NCBI RefSeq assembly: GCF_001194135.2
Contig: NC_068981.1
Span: 11,042,453 to 11,106,452, forward strand
Source: Octopus bimaculoides
Taxonomy: Eukaryota
DNA: 64,000 bases
Reading direction: 5' to 3'
In this document: positions 52,951-64,000 of the stretch, piece by piece
Layout: each line of letters starts with the position of its first letter
Position numbering within the stretch: the first letter of the stretch is position 1
Program-made: the position numbers and the translations under genes
Notes under the pieces: generated by a model
What the model saw: the letters and a program-made list of their open reading frames with translations, nothing else
Told to the model about the DNA's origin: nothing
The model's database searches: none

Positions 52951-53509
52951 GGAACTAATGCTTTTTGTGAGTTATTTTAGGTTTTTAATCTTAACTGAAG
53001 AAACTACGATTTACATACAACATATACAAAACTGAATATTACGTAATGTTCCACATTACCAAAATCTAAAACACAGTGAAAGCAATGAGTGAGAGATAAT
53101 ACATATACAGATCGAAAGACAGAGAGAAAGAGTGATAAAGAGAGATCGGTTGTGCAAAAGAGAGAGATAAATTGATGATGATACAGAGTCTGAGATTTGT
53201 AGATCTAAAAGATGAGTTATATCTCGTAATAAATTTTATTTTATTTTATCATTATTTACGGATAACTTTCTCTTTGCGGCGCAGATTTTGAAAATCAATT
53301 TCGTTTTACACGAGGACGCACCGCGTCAAAGCATTTCTGGGCTAAACAAACATACATAACCACACACCATTGCATCTATATTATGGATACATACATTGTA
53401 TGATATATCATACACATAAATGCATATAGTTATACACAGTCTCAAAAGCACTCATATATCAAGAATCAGACATCTTGTTCTTCTGTAAGAAATCTCTATC
53501 AACTGAATA

Positions 53510-53722
53510 TTGGTTTCAAATTCTGACACAAGGTCAGCTATTTCGGGAGTGTGGATTACATTGAACCCACTGATCAGCTTGTGCTATTTTTTTTATCGAC
53601 TCTGAGAAGATGAACGGCAAAATCGACCTCAGCGGAGTTTGAACTCGGAACGTAAAGACGGACGAAATGCCGCTAAGCATTTTGCCCAGCGTGTTAACGA
53701 TTCTGCTGGCCCGCCACCTTAG
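53510..53722 (-). mobile_element. SINE, third family
   Basis: Reverse complement of the 23305 element; other copies at 9500-9685 (-), 49378-49520 (+), 54680-54750 (+), 58225-58335 (+). Confidence 0.8.
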
Positions 53723-55197
53723 AATCAACTGAATTTTATAATGATAATTAAATGCAAATGCACATATATATGCACACATTCATGCTTACATGCTTATATA
53801 TGTGCATGTATATATGAGTATATGTGTGTATATATATATATATTTATATATATATATATATATATATNNNNNNNNNNNNNNNNNNNNNNNNNNNNNNNNN
53901 NNNNNNNNNNNNNNNNNNNNNNNNNNNNNNNNNNNNNNNNNNNNNNNNNNNNNNNNNNNNNNNNNTATATATATACATATATATATATATATATACATAT
54001 GTATATATACATACATACATACATATATCTATATAGGCATGTAGAGTCCTGAGGTATTTTATCAACCATGAAAAGATTCTAACGAGAAATGTTACCTCGT
54101 ATATCGCATAACTAATAAGTTAACAATTTCGGCCTGAAGACACAGACATAATTGTTATCATGAAAAGAGTCTCAGGTGTTCTAATCGTTAGCTATTTCTG
54201 TAGAGATTCTCTTATTATTTATAATATGAATAGAATCGATAAAGTACCAGGCTATTTTGCCCTGAAGAGCTATACATACTTGCGTATTCTGTTGAAAATG
54301 CTGAGCTGTATTCTTGGCCAAGTTACTTATCTGAAGCTAGTGTGTATATTTACCTGGAAATGCGTATCTAATGATGAAATTCTAAAATCGTATATAATTC
54401 ATATCTTTGTCATTCACGTAGATAAAACACTGAACTCGACTGGTGAGTTAATAATAATAGTTACTAACTCTCAGTTCTAAAGTAGATTCATCTTTTAAGA
54501 TTAACAAGACAACTGCGTGTTTCTGTGTTTGATTTTCATCAATATTTCAATTGTCTACGGATATAACTTGAACAGAGATAGAATCCGCTGAGATAACAGA
54601 CGACATTTTAAGCTACGGATCTTAAATTCCTCATTGCTAAAAATTTTGTTTATATTGTAATGGGGTTGGTGATGGGGGCGAACTGGCAAAATCTTTAGCA
54701 TGCCGGCTAAAATGCTTCGCGTCATTTCGTTCGTCTTTATGTTCTGAGTTTAAAATTGCCTTTTTTGACCAGTAATTAAGGGATAAAAGTGAGATATTTA
54801 TTTGGAGATGATAGGGAGAGAGTTAAGAGTAAATATTCACACAAATTAGAAAAATAAAAAGTTAAACTTTTGAGTCTTAGTCTAGAAGGGATATTTCGGG
54901 AGTACAACGAAGTAAATATCAACATAATAATAAGACAAAACTCAAGGTAATAAATTTAAAAAGTTATTCTTTTATTTTGGTTATAATCCACTGATGGGTA
55001 TAAAAAGACATTATATGATGATAATAATATGCATTATTTCTTTGACAATGTTATGGTCTTTTTGACAGAAACAGCTCTTTGGGATAATTGAATAAATAAA
55101 TAATCCATCATTAACAACAAAATCTACTTAATTTCTTTTTATTTGATGACATTTATTGAACTCCGTTTAATGAATTAATTCTTATAATGAACATTTG

Positions 55198-55314
<117 letters not shown>

Positions 55315-55459
55315 ATAGGCGTGGGTGTGTGGTAAAACGCTTGCTTTCCAGCCACGTGGCACCGGTTTCAGTACCACTGCGTGGCACGTTGAGTAAGTGC
55401 CTTCTATTATAGCCCTGTGCAGACCAAGGAAGATCCTGGAAGATCCTGGGGAGTCATGT

Positions 55460-55770
55460 TCCAAACATCGGCATCAGACCGAATTTTAATGCTCCAAATG
55501 GTAGGCACTGACAGCTTCCAAATATACCATCTTCAAACCCACAAGTATAAAGACTATACTGTACCATTCTAATATTCAGAGCTTCTCAAGTATTCAACTT
55601 CTTACCCAAAGACATTAGGAATATAACGGGACCTCTACTGAAACTTTCAAAACAGCATTGGGTGAAAGACTGACGACGATATCGGACCAACCAACCATTG
55701 AAGGATACACTCAGGAGAGATCAACTACTGCAAGTTCGATCATCGACCAACTTTCAATCATAAAGTGAGA
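55460..55770 (+). mobile_element. CR1-type LINE 3' end fragment
   Basis: ..TSTETFKTAL..LTTI.DQPTIEGY..ST..SIIDQ resembles the C-terminus of CR1 ORF2. Confidence 0.65.
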
Positions 55771-56128
55771 AAAAGAAAAAAAACAAAAAAATTAAGGCCG
55801 AACTCCAGCATGGCCGAAGTCCGGCGACTGAAACCTTTAAAAGAATGAAAGAATATATGAGGCATATATATTTATATACTCATATATACATACATACATT
55901 CATACACGCACACACACACGCGCGCGCGCACACACACACACNNNNNNNNNNNNNNNNNNNNNNNNNNNNNNNNNNNNNNNNNNNNNNNNNNNNNNNNNNN
56001 NNNNNNNNNNNNNNNNNNNNNNNNNNNNNNNNNNNNNNNNNNNNNNNNNNNNNNNNNNNNNNNNNNNNNNNNNNNNNNNNNNNNNNNNNNNNNNNNNNNN
56101 NNNNNNNNNNNNNNNNNNNNNNNNNNNN

Positions 56129-56177
<49 letters not shown>

Positions 56178-57564
56178 GATGTTATTCAATACTGTATGCT
56201 ACAGACAGGTGTAAATACCTTGTCTCTAGGCACGACGTTTCCGTTGAGAGACAAAGAACAATAGAACCGACGTCTATGTATGTTGTGCGATGGAATTTTC
56301 ATCAGCTACAGAGAATGTTTGCTTGTCTGTCTACAGAAACGTTTGAAGACTATTGCTAAAGACGTAGTAATTTGCACTTACGACCGTACATCCTTTATTG
56401 TCGAGGTTAGAATATGAACTCTCCAGACATCTATCTATCTATGAATGACTACAATCACGTACTCGTGTCCTCGACTCTTTTAGCGGTGATTATAGACAAT
56501 AGACTTTTAGTATATATATCTATGAAGAGCTACTGTGAAATTTTACTTTACTAATTTTACTGGTTTTCTAACCACTTAATGGTATTTATTCATGCTTTGG
56601 TATAACAGTTTATAAACGCTCTGGTGCTATTTACAGCTGCTTGTCTATCATTTTCTTTCATTATACATACACACGTGTGTGTGTGTATGTGTACATGTAT
56701 ATAAACTTGATTCCTGAGGGAAGTTAGATAGGACGTCATGAAAGATTAGATATAAAACATATGAAAATGACTCACATCCATGTATTGGAAATTTGAATCA
56801 AACAATATGGCGTCAATAACTGTGAAAATAAAATAAAAGAAAGGAAAAAGACAAAATTAAAGTCAGGTCGATACTTGATTAATCCAAGGGAGATTACTAG
56901 CTGTCATTAATATGTGATATTATCTCCCGTTATGATATTTAAGTTGTTTTATATTCATTACGTATTTCTTTTTATTGTTTGAACATATTCTATTCTAGGC
57001 AACATGCTAAGTAGAAATCAATTTGTGCGTGGTATTATCACAAATAATAATGAGATTAGTATGACAGAGTACAAAGTTAGTCCTTTAATAATAAACTGAA
57101 TATATATCTTAGTTCTATTCATATAGATTCTGTTTGAATATATACATTTAGTGATTGGCTTATATATACTTGAGTATAGGCACAAACAAGTAACATGCTA
57201 ACTGTCGTGCATGGATATACAATGCCAACACATGCATACACGAAATTTATGAAAATAGGAGGGGTAGGAGTGGCTGTGTTGTAAGTAGCTTGCTTACCAA
57301 CCACATGGTTCCGNNNNNNNNNNNNNNNNNNNNNNNNNNNNNNNNNNNNNNNNNNNNNNNNNNNNNNNNNNNNNNNNNNNNNNNNNNNNNNNNNNNNNNN
57401 NNNNNNNNNNNNNGTGCTCCAGCATGACCAAAGTCAAATGACTGAAACAAGTAAAAGAGTAAAAGAGTAAATCTATCTATCTAGCTATCTATCTATCTAT
57501 CTATCTAGCTATCTATCTATCTATCTGCCGGTCTATCTGCCGGTCTATCTGCCTGTCTATCTGA

Positions 57565-57595
<31 letters not shown>

Positions 57596-58824
57596 CTTAT
57601 GTATGCACGCACATACATGTATATACAAGTATGTGTGTATGTATGTGTGTGTGTCTGTTTCCTTGGCTCAAAGAGAGAGACAAATTCAGAAAGTAGGGGA
57701 GATGGGAACGATATGCTTTAATTTCCTTTTAGTTGACTTAGCACCATCGTCCGTTAGTTTCCGTTTATTCCCGATATTCTATTTTGTTAATTGTTCCCTG
57801 TGGTCATAAAGTAAACGAAACGTCAGACCACTCTTTACTCATATCGCTTAAACATACTTTCATTTACAATCTTGTAATCACATACATGCACATGCATACA
57901 CAAACGCGTGCATACACAAGGAACACAGAGAAGCACTCATATACACATATAACTGTACGCCTGTCCGTACAAGTTTGTTTATGTAGGAGTTCATTCAGTA
58001 ATTACGTATCAGAAATATTAGTAATATGTATCGGACGCATAAATGTAGAGCCACACCGAGTGTATGTTGCATAGTACATAGTTAGTTGCAGAAATGGGCG
58101 AAATAAGGACGGACGATGAAGTAGTACGTCTCTCCCGTATTATTCTTTTGGTTATACAAACGCGCGCGCACACACACACGAACGCACACATATATATCAC
58201 TTTATATATCATTTATTAATATAGGTGAAGGCGGTGCGCTGGCAGAATTGTTTGCACGCCGGGTAAAATGCTTAGTGGCATTTAGTCCGTCTTTACTTTC
58301 TGAGTTCAAATTCCGCCGAAGTCGACTTAGCCTTTCAAATATATATGTACATATATATACAAGAATAAGGGCAGGGAATCGTCAATTAATAATAGAANNN
58401 NNNNNNNACACATGCACACAGACACATACAAACACGCACAAACACAATGGTACGTATGCACACACCAACACACGCACACAAGCACTTACACATACAGACA
58501 CACACATACATACACACATACATACACTGACACACACCAACATAGACGCACAATGGTTTTACAAATTGTTATTTCAGAGTTATTTTACGAAGTTGCCGTT
58601 TAGTGACATCCGAGAGGCTGCCCAAAGAAGGCGAGGTATCTAAAAGGAAATTTCGCAGTAACTTCTAGAATTTTTCTTGTAAATTGCATAATACATGTGA
58701 TTCAGTCTTGAAAAGCATTCAGTGATACTTCATGTTTTTGTCTTATTTCCGATCTTTTCAGTTCTATATTTAAGAGATAAGGAATTATGTACGTTATTTA
58801 TATTATTTACATTTGTTTGTTGTT

Positions 58825-58870
58825 AACTCAACGTTTCGGCTGATATAACCTCCAGCCTTCATCAGGTATC
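58825..58870 (-). ncRNA. Minimal type I hammerhead in tRNA-headed element
   Basis: Minus strand GAUAC-CUGAUGA-A-GGCUG...CAGCC-GAAA-CGUU-GAGUU; same family as 45544-45589, with a helix I mismatch. Confidence 0.55.
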
Positions 58871-58919
58871 TTGGGGGAAATTTCGAACCTGGGTTCTCAT
58901 TCCTACGGGAATTTTTCAA

Positions 58920-58953
<34 letters not shown>

Positions 58954-60001
58954 ATTATTATTATTTTATTATTATTATTATTATTGTGGTTATTATTCAG
59001 GTCACTGCCTGGAATCGGACTCGGAATCTCGGGGTTAGTAGCCCGCACTCTTAACCACTGGGCCATATGCCCACGAGCATATGGCCCAGTGGTTAAGCAG
59101 TGTGAGATATTAGAATATGTTCGATTTTCCTTACATTATTATACACTAAATGTAAAGATGTGTGTGCACGTATGGATTTATGCATGGACGTATGTTTGTA
59201 TGTATATCTGTATGCCTGTATGTATTAGTATATATGTGTGTGTGTGTGTATGTGTATACACACATACATACATACATACATACATACATACATACATACA
59301 TACATACATACATACATACACGTATATACATGAATGTGAGTGTATACATACATAAGTAGACAGACAGAGTTCGACTCCAGGCAGTGGCTCTTCTGGCTTC
59401 TGATCTTAATTGATTGGAAGTGTTATCATGTACATTGTTTTGTCTTGGTGTAAAAGATGGGCTACAGCAAATATTCTGCTTAATATCACAGATTTGCTTG
59501 TCAGTTGTTTGACCTTAACCAGTTGAGCATGTCCGTTGGTGGCTGACGATATGTGCATCTCTGATCATGAGCAGAGGTAGTGGGGGAGCATCATAGCCAT
59601 GTGTTGACAGGAATTCCTTGGGGTTTGAATAATTTACTTTGGAAACATGGGTGTTTTGCTCAACATCCTTAAACAAACCTTATTCAGGGACCTTTTGAGC
59701 GGGATNNNNNNNNNNNNNNNNNNNNNNNNNNNNNNNNNNNNNNNNNNNNNNNNNNNNNNNNNNNNNNNNNNNNNNNNNNNNNNNNNNNNNNNNNNNNNNN
59801 NNNNNNNNNNNNNNNNNNNNNNNNNNNNNNNNNNNNNNNNNNNNNNNNNNNNNNNNNNNNNNNNNNNNNNNNNNNNNNNNNNNNNNNNNNNNNNNNNNNN
59901 NNNNNNNNNNNNNNNNNNNNNNNNNNNNNNNNNNNNNNNNNNNNNNNNNNNNNNNNNNNNNNNNNNNNNNNNNNNNNNNNNNNNNNNNNNNNNNNNNNNN
60001 N

Positions 60002-60060
<59 letters not shown>

Positions 60061-60118
60061 TAAAAATAACATCGAAAAATACTTTAGGAATGAGAACGCA
60101 GGTTCGAAATTTCTCCAA

Positions 60119-60164
60119 GACTCCTGATGAAGGCTGGATGATATATCAGCCAAAACGTTGTGTT
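60119..60164 (+). ncRNA. Inactivated hammerhead (GAAA to AAAA) in tRNA-headed element
   Basis: CUGAUGA-A-GGCUG...CAGCC-AAAA-CGUU-GUGUU; the conserved G12 is lost. Confidence 0.45.
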
Positions 60165-60539
60165 AACAACAAACAAGATGAGGACAAATATCCGTCAAAT
60201 GTAAATAATGTAAGTAATTTTTTTTCCCTCTAGTTTCAGCTCAGAGCTGCAGCCGTGCATAATGTACTCCGATCTTTCGTCTTTTACTTTTTATTTCAGT
60301 AATTGGACTGCCCGCCATACTGGGGCAGGCTTTGAAGAGCGTAGTCGAAGAAATCGAACCTAATACTCATTTTTTACTCTTGAGCCTGGTTCTTATTTTA
60401 TAGCACACTTTTATCAGTTGACTGTGATGTAAACAAATCAACACCGGTTGTCAAATGGTGGTGGGACAAATACAATCACGCAAACATACAAACATACATA
60501 CACACTCTCTCCTGAGGTTCGTTAGAGCTATATCGACTT

Positions 60540-61165
60540 TATTGTTGATGTGGGTCCTCCAGCTGACTATGAGGTGAGACATCGAGAATGAGACCACGCG
60601 AAGGGTAAGAGTAGGATGAGGAGCATTCAACTCGGTGAAGGATGTGCTGAAGGCAAACTTAGACAAGTCTCTTCAATAGTACGCTAGTCTCTTCAATAGT
60701 ACGCCAGTCACTTCAATAGTACGCCAATCACTTCAATACTACAGTCTTGTCTCCAATGTTATAAGCATATGAGACTTGGATTTTGACGAAGAGAGAACGA
60801 CAACATCTGCTTACGGCGTAGAGAGCGATGGAAAGGTCGATGCTGGGAATCTTGCTCAGAGATCACATCCAGAATGAGAAGATCAGGGATAGAACTCCAG
60901 TGAATGACGTCGTCGCAGAATACCGCTACGCAAATCTACGATGGGCCGGTCATGTCGCAAGGTTCACAGACAATCGGTGGACCCGTACAGTTGTCGAGTG
61001 GTACCCGCGCGAACGGATGAGATCACCTATCAGGCGGGAAGATGGTATAAGAAAGATGTCTTGGACAACGTGGAGGAGAATGGCGAGAGCATGTGAGGAA
61101 TGGATCGAATGCTGTGGCCAGTAGAGCCGACTGAGCACTAGACAGCCTGGCCGATCCAGGTGATA
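60540..61165 (+). mobile_element. RTE-clade LINE 3' fragment with internal 20-bp tandem repeat
   Basis: ENETTRRVRVG*GAF; MERSMLGI..RDHIQNE.IR..LRWAGHVAR..DNRWT..VVEWYPR; repeat TCTTCAATAGTACGCCAGTC x3-4 at about 60665-60745; microsatellite tail. Confidence 0.9.
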
Positions 61166-61179
61166 CATACATACATACT

Positions 61180-61259
<80 letters not shown>

Positions 61260-62124
61260 GTGGAAATGAAATGTAAGAAGACAAAACTCATATTTTATAC
61301 AAACTACTTGTAGGAACAAAAGGCATGTTTTTGCCAATGTTTACAACGATAAACGCGTTCTTTAATTGTGTTTACAAGAAAATTCTCAGAGAACAGAATG
61401 AGATACTGTTCTTTGGTGCAGAGCGGACAAAAGGATTTACCTTTATCATACGGAAAAGGTCTAGATAAATTATTCCATTTATATCAATCTATAAAATTGA
61501 CTTTTGACTGTATTCTTCCATTTCATTTCCACTATATATATATATCTATTTACACACCTTTAAGCTTTATTTCCACTCATCTGTCGCACTATATTTCTGC
61601 ACTCTTCATTTTCTGTTAATTTCTTTGTTTCTCCTCTTTCTCAAAATTACCTTTGACGTTAAAACTATTAACGGTTTAAAAAAAACTTGCCAGCGTTCCC
61701 TTTATCATATGCGCGGTAATCCCATTCGATTAAAATAGCTTATTTATGTGTTTTGTTTCTCTTTTTTCCACGAAGAGATAATTACATTGTTTTACACCAT
61801 TTTATTCCCTCAGGAATAATATCAATGTTTTCTTCGAAACATATGTCGGAAGTATAAAGATTTGAATAACACATGCGTTTAACTTCATTTCTTAATTCAT
61901 CTACGTGATACAAAAACAGTTCACTAAACCCTGGAACTTCTACCTTTATAAGTTGGGTGTAACATCCTTGGCACTTATGTGAAATTTTGCTACCCTGGTA
62001 ACTATCTATTTATTTTTTTCCGCATTAATTATAAACATTGAAAACGTACACATACATTTATATACACACACACACATACATACATACATACATACATAAT
62101 GCATACATACATACATACATACAT

Positions 62125-62159
<35 letters not shown>

Positions 62160-63532
62160 NNNNNNNNNNNNNNNNNNNNNNNNNNNNNNNNNNNNNNNNN
62201 NNNNNNNNNNNNNNNNNNNNNNNNNNNNNNNNNNNNNNNNNNNNNNNNNNNNNNNNNNNNNNNNNNNNNNNNNNNNNNNNNNNNNNNNNNNNNNNNNNNN
62301 NNNNNNNNNNNNNNNNNNNNNNNNNNNNNNNNNNNNNNNNNNNNNNNNNNNNNNNNNNNNNNNNNNNNNNNNNNNNNNNNNNNNNNNNNNNNNNNNNNNN
62401 NNNNNNNNNNNNNNNNNNNNNNNNNNNNNNNNNNNNNNNNNNNNNNNNNNNNNNNNNNNNNNNNNNNNNNNNNNNNNNNNNNNNNNNNNNNNNNNNNNNN
62501 NNNNNNNNNNNNNNNNNNNNNNNNNNNNNNNNNNNNNNNNNNNNNNNNNNNNNNNNNNNNNNNNNNNNNNNNNNNNNNNNNNNNNNNNNNNNNNNNNNNN
62601 NNNNNNNNNNNNNNNNNNNNNNNNNNNNNNNNNNNNNNNNNNNNNNNNNNNNNNNNNNNNNNNNNNNNNNNNNNNNNNNNNNNNNNNNNNNNNNNNNNNN
62701 NNNNNNNNNNNNNNNNNNNNNNNNNNNNNNNNNNNNNNNNNNNNNNNNNNNNNNNNNNNNNNNNNNNNNNNNNNNNNNNNNNNNNNNATATATACACATA
62801 AATATATATGTATATAACTATACGATACATGCGAACACACACGCGCGCATATATACGTATGTATACACACACACACCCACACAAACACGCACACACACAC
62901 ACACACACATATATGTACACACACATATATGTACACACACATATATGTACACACACATATATGTACACACACATATACATGTCTATTTTTGTGCTGAGGA
63001 TTTGGAGATGTGTGGAGCTATATTGAATTGCTGCACATTGTTGCTATTTTCAAACTTTCTTCTTGTATTTCCTTTTGCTTTGGAACACGTTCCTAAATTT
63101 CTGTATTCTCTCAGTTCATTTACATTTGGTGAATAACAATCAATGTTTTCTTCAAAAACAAAATGGCTGCCTAGCTTATTATCCAGAGAAATAGCAGCAG
63201 GTGACTGGTCTTTTCTTTCTAATCAATTGTAGATCATGAACTCGTGTAGATTTTCTATACATCTACCACATGCACATGTTTTTCAATGTATCAGCTATCT
63301 TGTGTCAATAATATATATTCATTAGTTCTGATCAAAGGTATTTCGTCGGCAAATAAGTTTATTGAAGAAAATTTAAATATCGATTATAAATATCAGTAAA
63401 TAACATTTCTTAATTAAGAGCAAACTTAACTGATGTATGTTACGACACAGAAAATTAATTTAAAATCAATAAGAAAAGTCATTTAGTATAAGTTTTTGAA
63501 GTTGTAGTGAAATAAAGTGTTAAGCTGATATC

Positions 63533-63941
63533 TCTTTTACTCTTTTACTCTTTTACTCTTTTACTTGTTTCAGTCATTTGATTGTGGCCATGATGGAGCA
63601 TCGCTTTTAGTCGAGGAAATCGAATCCGGGACTTATTCTTTGTAAGCCTAGTACTTATTCTATCGGTCTCTTTTTGCCGAACCGCTAAGTGACGGGAAAA
63701 TAAACACACCAGTATCGGTTGTCAAGCAATACTAGGGGGGCAAACACAGACACACAAACATACACACACACATCACATATATATATATATACACATATAA
63801 ACGACGGGCTTCTTTCAGTTTCCGTCTACGAAATCCACTCACAAGGCTTTGGTCGTCCCGAGGCTATAGTAGAAGACACTTGCCCAAGGTGCCACGCAGT
63901 GGAACTGAACCCGAAACCATATGGTTCGTAAGCAAGCTACT
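63533..63941 (-). mobile_element. Full-length SINE of the same family
   Basis: Reverse complement aligns to 17555-17922, with a (CTTTTACT)n tail. Confidence 0.85.
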
Positions 63942-64000
63942 TGGATTTGGTAGACGGAAACTGAAAGAAGCCCGTCGTATATATGTATATGTTTATATAT

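Larger units (their letters stand above)
58795..60210. mobile_element. Head-to-head pair of tRNA/HHR elements with nested insertions
   Basis: Minus copy 58795-59070; 21-bp perfect inverted repeat 59050-59070/59077-59097; plus copy fragments at 59077, 59366 (B box) and 60001-60210. Confidence 0.6.

Noticed and set aside
63802-63978. Inverted repeat at the window end
   Set aside because: It is two oppositely oriented pieces of the common SINE and is truncated by the window edge.

Overview
AT-rich, repeat-dominated eukaryotic DNA with about 5 kb of N gaps, most of them bordered by microsatellites as in a short-read draft assembly. The SINE families and the dense (CA)n/(TA)n/(TATC)n/(TACA)n tracts point to an octopus or other coleoid cephalopod genome (inference). 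I recognise no intact host gene; almost every ORF in the track is a translation of microsatellites or Ns. The real coding remnants are decayed transposons: a DD34D mariner, Penelope-like elements (RT and GIY-YIG), CR1/L2, RTE and RLE-type LINE pieces. There are also MITEs and many tRNA-derived SINEs. The main unexplained signal is a set of minimal type I hammerhead ribozyme (HHR) motifs: 9 with an intact or single-variant core, 4 mutated, plus weaker remnants. They sit in at least five distinct repeat families. Three loci (40.3-40.9, 41.5-41.9, 46.7-47.1 kb) belong to one family of 333-355 bp tandem monomers with one HHR each; their helices differ in sequence but keep their pairing, which resembles non-LTR retrozymes. 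A second family joins a tRNA-derived Pol III head and an (AAT)n tract to an HHR and a Penelope GIY-YIG tail. All ribozyme calls come from folding the sequence by eye, and none has been tested for cleavage.
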